DNA of 17,843 nucleotides from a candidate division WOR-3 bacterium (lineage in GTDB: Bacteria; Hydrothermota; Hydrothermia; Hydrothermales; Hydrothermaceae): contig JBDRZD010000038.1 of the NCBI GenBank assembly GCA_039803745.1, positions 1-17,843 on the forward strand. The letters run 5' to 3'. Both the position numbers and the translations under genes were made by a program. This document shows, piece after piece, positions 14,198 to 17,843 of the stretch (position 1 is its first letter; every line of letters begins with the position of its first letter). The notes beneath the pieces were generated by a model, which was given only the letters and a program-made list of their open reading frames with translations, had not been told where the DNA came from and ran no database searches.

Positions 14198-16921
14198 TTA
14201 AAGACTAAAATCTTTTGCTTTATAAAATTTTTTGTCAAGCAAAATCCCTTTTTCTAAAATTATCATTTTTTCAAATTCTTTCAAATTCTTTAAATAAAAA
14301 AATAAAAATATTTTCTTCAAATTTTCTGGCATCTTGCCAAATCTATCTTTTATTTCCTCATAAATTTCTTTTATTTCACTAATATTTTTTGCTTCTGAAA
14401 GCCTTTTATATATTGAAATTATGACTTCTTCATCTTCAATATAATCCCTTGGAATATAAATATCTGATTCAACCTGAATTTTCCCTTTTTTCTCTTCAAT
14501 TCTTTCGCCTTTTACCCTTTTTATCTCCTCATCAAGTATTTTAAAAAATAAATTGTATCCAAGTCCTTTTATAAATCCGTGCTGTTTTTTATCAAAAATT
14601 TTTCCTGCCCCCCTTAACTTCATATCGTATAATGCAATTTTAAATCCCGAACCTAAATGCCTGTAAGTTGCAATTGCTTTTAATCTTTTTTTAGCATTTT
14701 CACCTATATTTTTTGGAATTAAAAAGTATGCATATGCCTTTTTATCCCTTCTTCCAATCCTTCCCCTTATTTGATGGAGTTCTGCAAGACCAAAAAGGTG
14801 TGGATTTTCAACTATCAATGTATTTGCCCTTGGAAAATCAACTCCTGCCTCAAGAATTGATGTTGATACTAAAATGTCTATCTTACCAAGCATAAAATCT
14901 ATAAAAATATTTTCTATTTTCTCTTTATCCATTTTTGCATGAACAATTTCAACAATTGCTTCAGGAAAAAGTCTTTCCAATTTTTCCTTTATTTCTTTTA
15001 GCCTGCTGATTCTATTATGAATATAAATAACCTGTCCATCTCTTTCAAGTTCAAAATTTATTGCCCTTTCTATTGTTTCAATGTTATAAGGAACTACAAT
15101 TGTTTCAATCTCTTTTTTTGAAGGTGGTGGTGTCTCTATTAAAGATAAATCCATTATCTTACCAAGGGAAAGAAAGAGTGTTCTTGGAATAGGTGTTGCT
15201 GATAAATAAATTGTGTCAATATCTTTTTTTAAAAATTTTATTTTTTCTTTTTGTTCAACCCCGAATCTGTGTTCTTCATCAACTATTAAAAGTCCAAGGT
15301 CTTTAAATTTAACATCTTCCTGTAAAATTCTATGTGTTCCTATAACTATATCAATTTCGCCTTCCCTAATTCTTTCAATTATCTCTTTCTGGGTTTTTTC
15401 AGGCTTTAATCTTGTAAGACTCTCTACCTTTATATTAAAATTTTTCAGTCTTTCCTTAAAATTCATCTCATGTTGTATTGCTAAAATTGTTGTTGGAACT
15501 AAAATTGCCACTTGTTTTTTATTCAATGCAAAAAGAGCACTTGCTCTTAAAGCAATTTCTGTTTTTCCAAAGCCTACATCACCACATACAAGTCTTTCAC
15601 ATATTTTTTCACTCAATATTTCATTCTTTATTTCCTTCCATGTTCTTTCCTGATCCTCGGTTTCTTTATATGGGAATGATAATATTATTTCATCCATTTC
15701 CTTTTTATATTCATAAACAAAATTTTTTATTTTTGCTTTTCTCTCAGCCATCATTTCAAGTAATTTCCTCGCAAATTCATTCGCGTATATTTTTGCTTTT
15801 AATTTTTTTGTAAACCATGCCCTTGAAGAAATTTTTGTTTCTTTTATTTTTTCTCCTGAATATCTTTCAAGTTTATCTATTTCATAAAAAGGAACATAAA
15901 TTTTTTGTTTTTCATTAAAAATTATTACAAAGGTATCTATTTTTTTATTATCAATTTCAAAAATTTTTACCTCTTTTAAATAACCTATTCCGTAATCTTC
16001 ATGGATAACAGGGTCACCGCATTCAAGAAGGGCTGTATTCTCTATTCTTTCTGAAAATAAAGGAAATTCTTCTTCATCTTTAAACCCATATATTTCTCCT
16101 TCTCCAAAAACACCTATTTTTTCATCTTCTAAAATAAATCCGTGATAAAGATTACCTTTTTTATATTCTAAAAATGGAAAAATATTCTTAAGATAACTGT
16201 ATCTTATTGTATTTGGAGCAAAATAAAATATTTTAAATCCCCTTTTATTTAGTTTTTCTAATTCCATTTTGAATACTTCAAATAAAAGTGGTGGATTTGG
16301 TATTATTTTAAATGGAAATATTTCCTCTTTTTCATAAATTATTTTGAAATCTTCTATTTTATTTCTCTCACCATAAAAATTTCTTGTTGAAAGATAATAT
16401 TCCTCTATCTTTTTAACTCTTCTCTGATTTAATGGATCAAAAATCCTTATTTCAAAAATTTTGTTTCCTGAAAACTCAATCCTCACTGGCAGGTCTTCAT
16501 ATTCAGGGAAAAAATCAACAATTCCTCCCCTTACAGCATATTCTTTTTTCCCCTCAACATAAAGAACCCTTTCAAATCCCTCTTTTTCAAGTATTTCCAG
16601 AAGTTTTTCTCTTTCAATTTCTTCACCCCTTTTAATTTTTAAAAAATTGAGTTCTTTTATTTCTTCAACAAATTCTTCATCTTTCAAAAGAATAATTTCG
16701 CTTTTTAAATTTATAGTATTTTGTTCATATACTGAAATTTTTATTTCCGGATTAATACTTTTAATCTCTTCATAAATCTTTTCTATTTCCTCTCCTACAA
16801 ATAAAATTTTTTTATACTTTTTTAAAAAAGATAAAAGGAGAAAAGTTTTTGCACCACTTGGAATATTTTTATCAATATAATCTATTTTTTGAACTAATCT
16901 ATCAAAAATCTCTTCTACCAT
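14198..16921 (-). CDS. mfd: Transcription-repair coupling factor (compact, 907 aa)
   Basis: UvrB-like D2 YAVRGGIVDFFP..PVRIEF..IRIFDP..QR; RID GDPVIHEDYGIG; FPYKETEDQ; CGDVGFGKTEIA; DEEHRFGV.QKE; SATPIPRTL; FGLAELHQIRGRIGR; TRG-like LGSGFKIA..D..LRGAG; TRCF domain YKRL..EEIKDRFG. Confidence 0.96.
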   Translation of the reverse strand: MVEEIFDRLVQKIDYIDKNIPSGAKTFLLLSFLKKYKKILFVGEEIEKIYEEIKSINPEIKISVYEQNTINLKSEIILLKDEEFVEEIKELNFLKIKRGEEIEREKLLEILEKEGFERVLYVEGKKEYAVRGGIVDFFPEYEDLPVRIEFSGNKIFEIRIFDPLNQRRVKKIEEYYLSTRNFYGERNKIEDFKIIYEKEEIFPFKIIPNPPLLFEVFKMELEKLNKRGFKIFYFAPNTIRYSYLKNIFPFLEYKKGNLYHGFILEDEKIGVFGEGEIYGFKDEEEFPLFSERIENTALLECGDPVIHEDYGIGYLKEVKIFEIDNKKIDTFVIIFNEKQKIYVPFYEIDKLERYSGEKIKETKISSRAWFTKKLKAKIYANEFARKLLEMMAERKAKIKNFVYEYKKEMDEIILSFPYKETEDQERTWKEIKNEILSEKICERLVCGDVGFGKTEIALRASALFALNKKQVAILVPTTILAIQHEMNFKERLKNFNIKVESLTRLKPEKTQKEIIERIREGEIDIVIGTHRILQEDVKFKDLGLLIVDEEHRFGVEQKEKIKFLKKDIDTIYLSATPIPRTLFLSLGKIMDLSLIETPPPSKKEIETIVVPYNIETIERAINFELERDGQVIYIHNRISRLKEIKEKLERLFPEAIVEIVHAKMDKEKIENIFIDFMLGKIDILVSTSILEAGVDFPRANTLIVENPHLFGLAELHQIRGRIGRRDKKAYAYFLIPKNIGENAKKRLKAIATYRHLGSGFKIALYDMKLRGAGKIFDKKQHGFIKGLGYNLFFKILDEEIKRVKGERIEEKKGKIQVESDIYIPRDYIEDEEVIISIYKRLSEAKNISEIKEIYEEIKDRFGKMPENLKKIFLFFYLKNLKEFEKMIILEKGILLDKKFYKAKDFSL

Positions 16922-17703
16922 TTTTCTTCTTTATACACTATTTCCTCATTTCCATCCTCATACTCCACTTTAAAATAACCTTTTATAACATTTATTTCTT
17001 TTACCTTTCCTATCCCCTTGGGAGTTTTTATTTCCTCCCCGATCCTTGGAAAATCTTTTGAAGCTTCTTCATAAAAGGGGAATTCATATCTTAAACAGCA
17101 TAGAAGTCTTCCACATATTCCTGTAATGTTTTCAGGAACAGCAAAGATATATTGGTTTCTTGCCATTTCAAGAGTTATGGATGGAATCTGTTTTAAAAAT
17201 TTTTTACAGCATATCTCCCTTCCACATTTTCCCATCCCCCCTATTTCTCTTGCATAATCCCTTGCACCTATCTGCTCAAATTCTATATGGACATGTAATA
17301 TTTTTGCAAGTTTTGGTGCAAATATTTGAAAATTGTGTCTCTTTTCAGCAGTAAAATAGAACTTAAATATCCCATTTTTCAAATCAGGGAATACTTTTAC
17401 AATCTTTACATCGTCCCTCTCTTTTTCATATATAAACCCTTTCACCATATTTTTTATAATTCTTATAACTTCATCTTCTTCTGCAATTCTCAAAGATAAA
17501 ATTTTATGCTCTGTTTTTTTATTTGACTTTATGCGAAATTTTGCAAGTACCTCTTTTTCAGGCTCCTTTGTTGTTTTTATAAAAATAAACTCGTTTTTTT
17601 CTAAACTTATTTCCCCTTCATAAATGTATCTTTCAAATCCACCCCCCACTATAGAAACCTCAAGGGTATTTTTAACTTCTTCTTTTTCTTTTTTGAAAAA
17701 CAT
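16915..17703 (-). CDS. ricT: PSP1-domain protein (RicT/YaaT family Fe-S protein), 262 aa
   Basis: FYFTAEKR, IEFEQIGARDYA..IGGMGKCGREICC..FL, MARNQ, ITGICGRLLCCLRYE. ATG 17703 is preferred because the ORF-track TTG at 17739 is the -35 box itself. Confidence 0.88.
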   Translation of the reverse strand: MFFKKEKEEVKNTLEVSIVGGGFERYIYEGEISLEKNEFIFIKTTKEPEKEVLAKFRIKSNKKTEHKILSLRIAEEDEVIRIIKNMVKGFIYEKERDDVKIVKVFPDLKNGIFKFYFTAEKRHNFQIFAPKLAKILHVHIEFEQIGARDYAREIGGMGKCGREICCKKFLKQIPSITLEMARNQYIFAVPENITGICGRLLCCLRYEFPFYEEASKDFPRIGEEIKTPKGIGKVKEINVIKGYFKVEYEDGNEEIVYKEEKW

Positions 17704-17739
17704 CTTTAAATTATAATGTAATTTAAATTTAATTGACAA
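17704..17739 (-). promoter_or_regulatory. Sigma70-type promoter for ricT-mfd, probably leaderless
   Basis: Minus strand: TTGTCA(17739-17734)-18 nt-TATAAT(17715-17710)-6 nt-ATG 17703; no SD. Confidence 0.75.
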
Positions 17740-17758
17740 ATTATATTTTTTATATTGA

Positions 17759-17842
17759 TTAATTTTTTAAATTTTCAGTTTTTGATTTCAAGAAATAGTT
17801 CCAACTGCTGCTACTTTTTATCTCCTCTACACCATAAATTAT
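17759..17842 (-). CDS. C-terminal end of an unidentified gene entering from the right edge
   Basis: The minus-strand frame is open from the edge: ..IIYGVEEIKSSSSWNYFLKSKTENLKN*, with host-like codons. Too short to identify. Confidence 0.5.
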   Translation of the reverse strand: MIYGVEEIKSSSSWNYFLKSKTENLKN

Positions 17843-17843
17843 C

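Noticed and set aside
13703..17354. Short ORFs antisense to the orphan gene, mfd and ricT (also 4150-4383)
   Set aside because: Shadow ORFs with no RBS or motifs and atypical composition.
17733..17765. Perfect TTGACA on the + strand as an antisense promoter
   Set aside because: There is no good -10 box 16-18 nt downstream; it results from the near-palindromic TTGACAA of the minus-strand -35 box.
1..17843. CRISPR array, tRNA/rRNA, IS element, recoding event
   Set aside because: No spaced direct repeats, GC-rich structured tracts, transposase motifs or interrupted conserved genes were seen; intergenic space is minimal.

Overview
AT-rich, densely packed bacterial chromosomal segment with Lys/Glu/Ile-rich proteins and AGA/AGG/ATA-biased codons, which suggests a thermophile. 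The six-domain S1 and DUF4837-like lipoprotein suggest a diderm, possibly FCB-related lineage (inference). It has five apparent transcription units: (1) + strand 'cmk-plsC-rpsA-mtaB-hypothetical-xerD-tRNA nucleotidyltransferase-DegT aminotransferase; (2) - strand DUF4388/PATAN protein, two Roadblock-like paralogs, ruvB, panB; (3) + strand DUF4837-like lipoprotein and COG2187-type phosphotransferase; (4) a + strand orphan membrane/exported protein; (5) - strand PSP1/RicT protein and mfd. A partial ORF lies at the right edge. I found no RNA genes, CRISPR arrays or mobile elements. The best candidate for a new system is the three-gene module at 9358-11496: a PATAN/wHTH protein plus two Roadblock/MglB-like paralogs, all apparently sharing a C-terminal helical domain, with no small GTPase, and joined to ruvB by overlapping stop/start codons. 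First genes of transcription units also appear to be leaderless (a -10 box 6-9 nt before the ATG, no SD).
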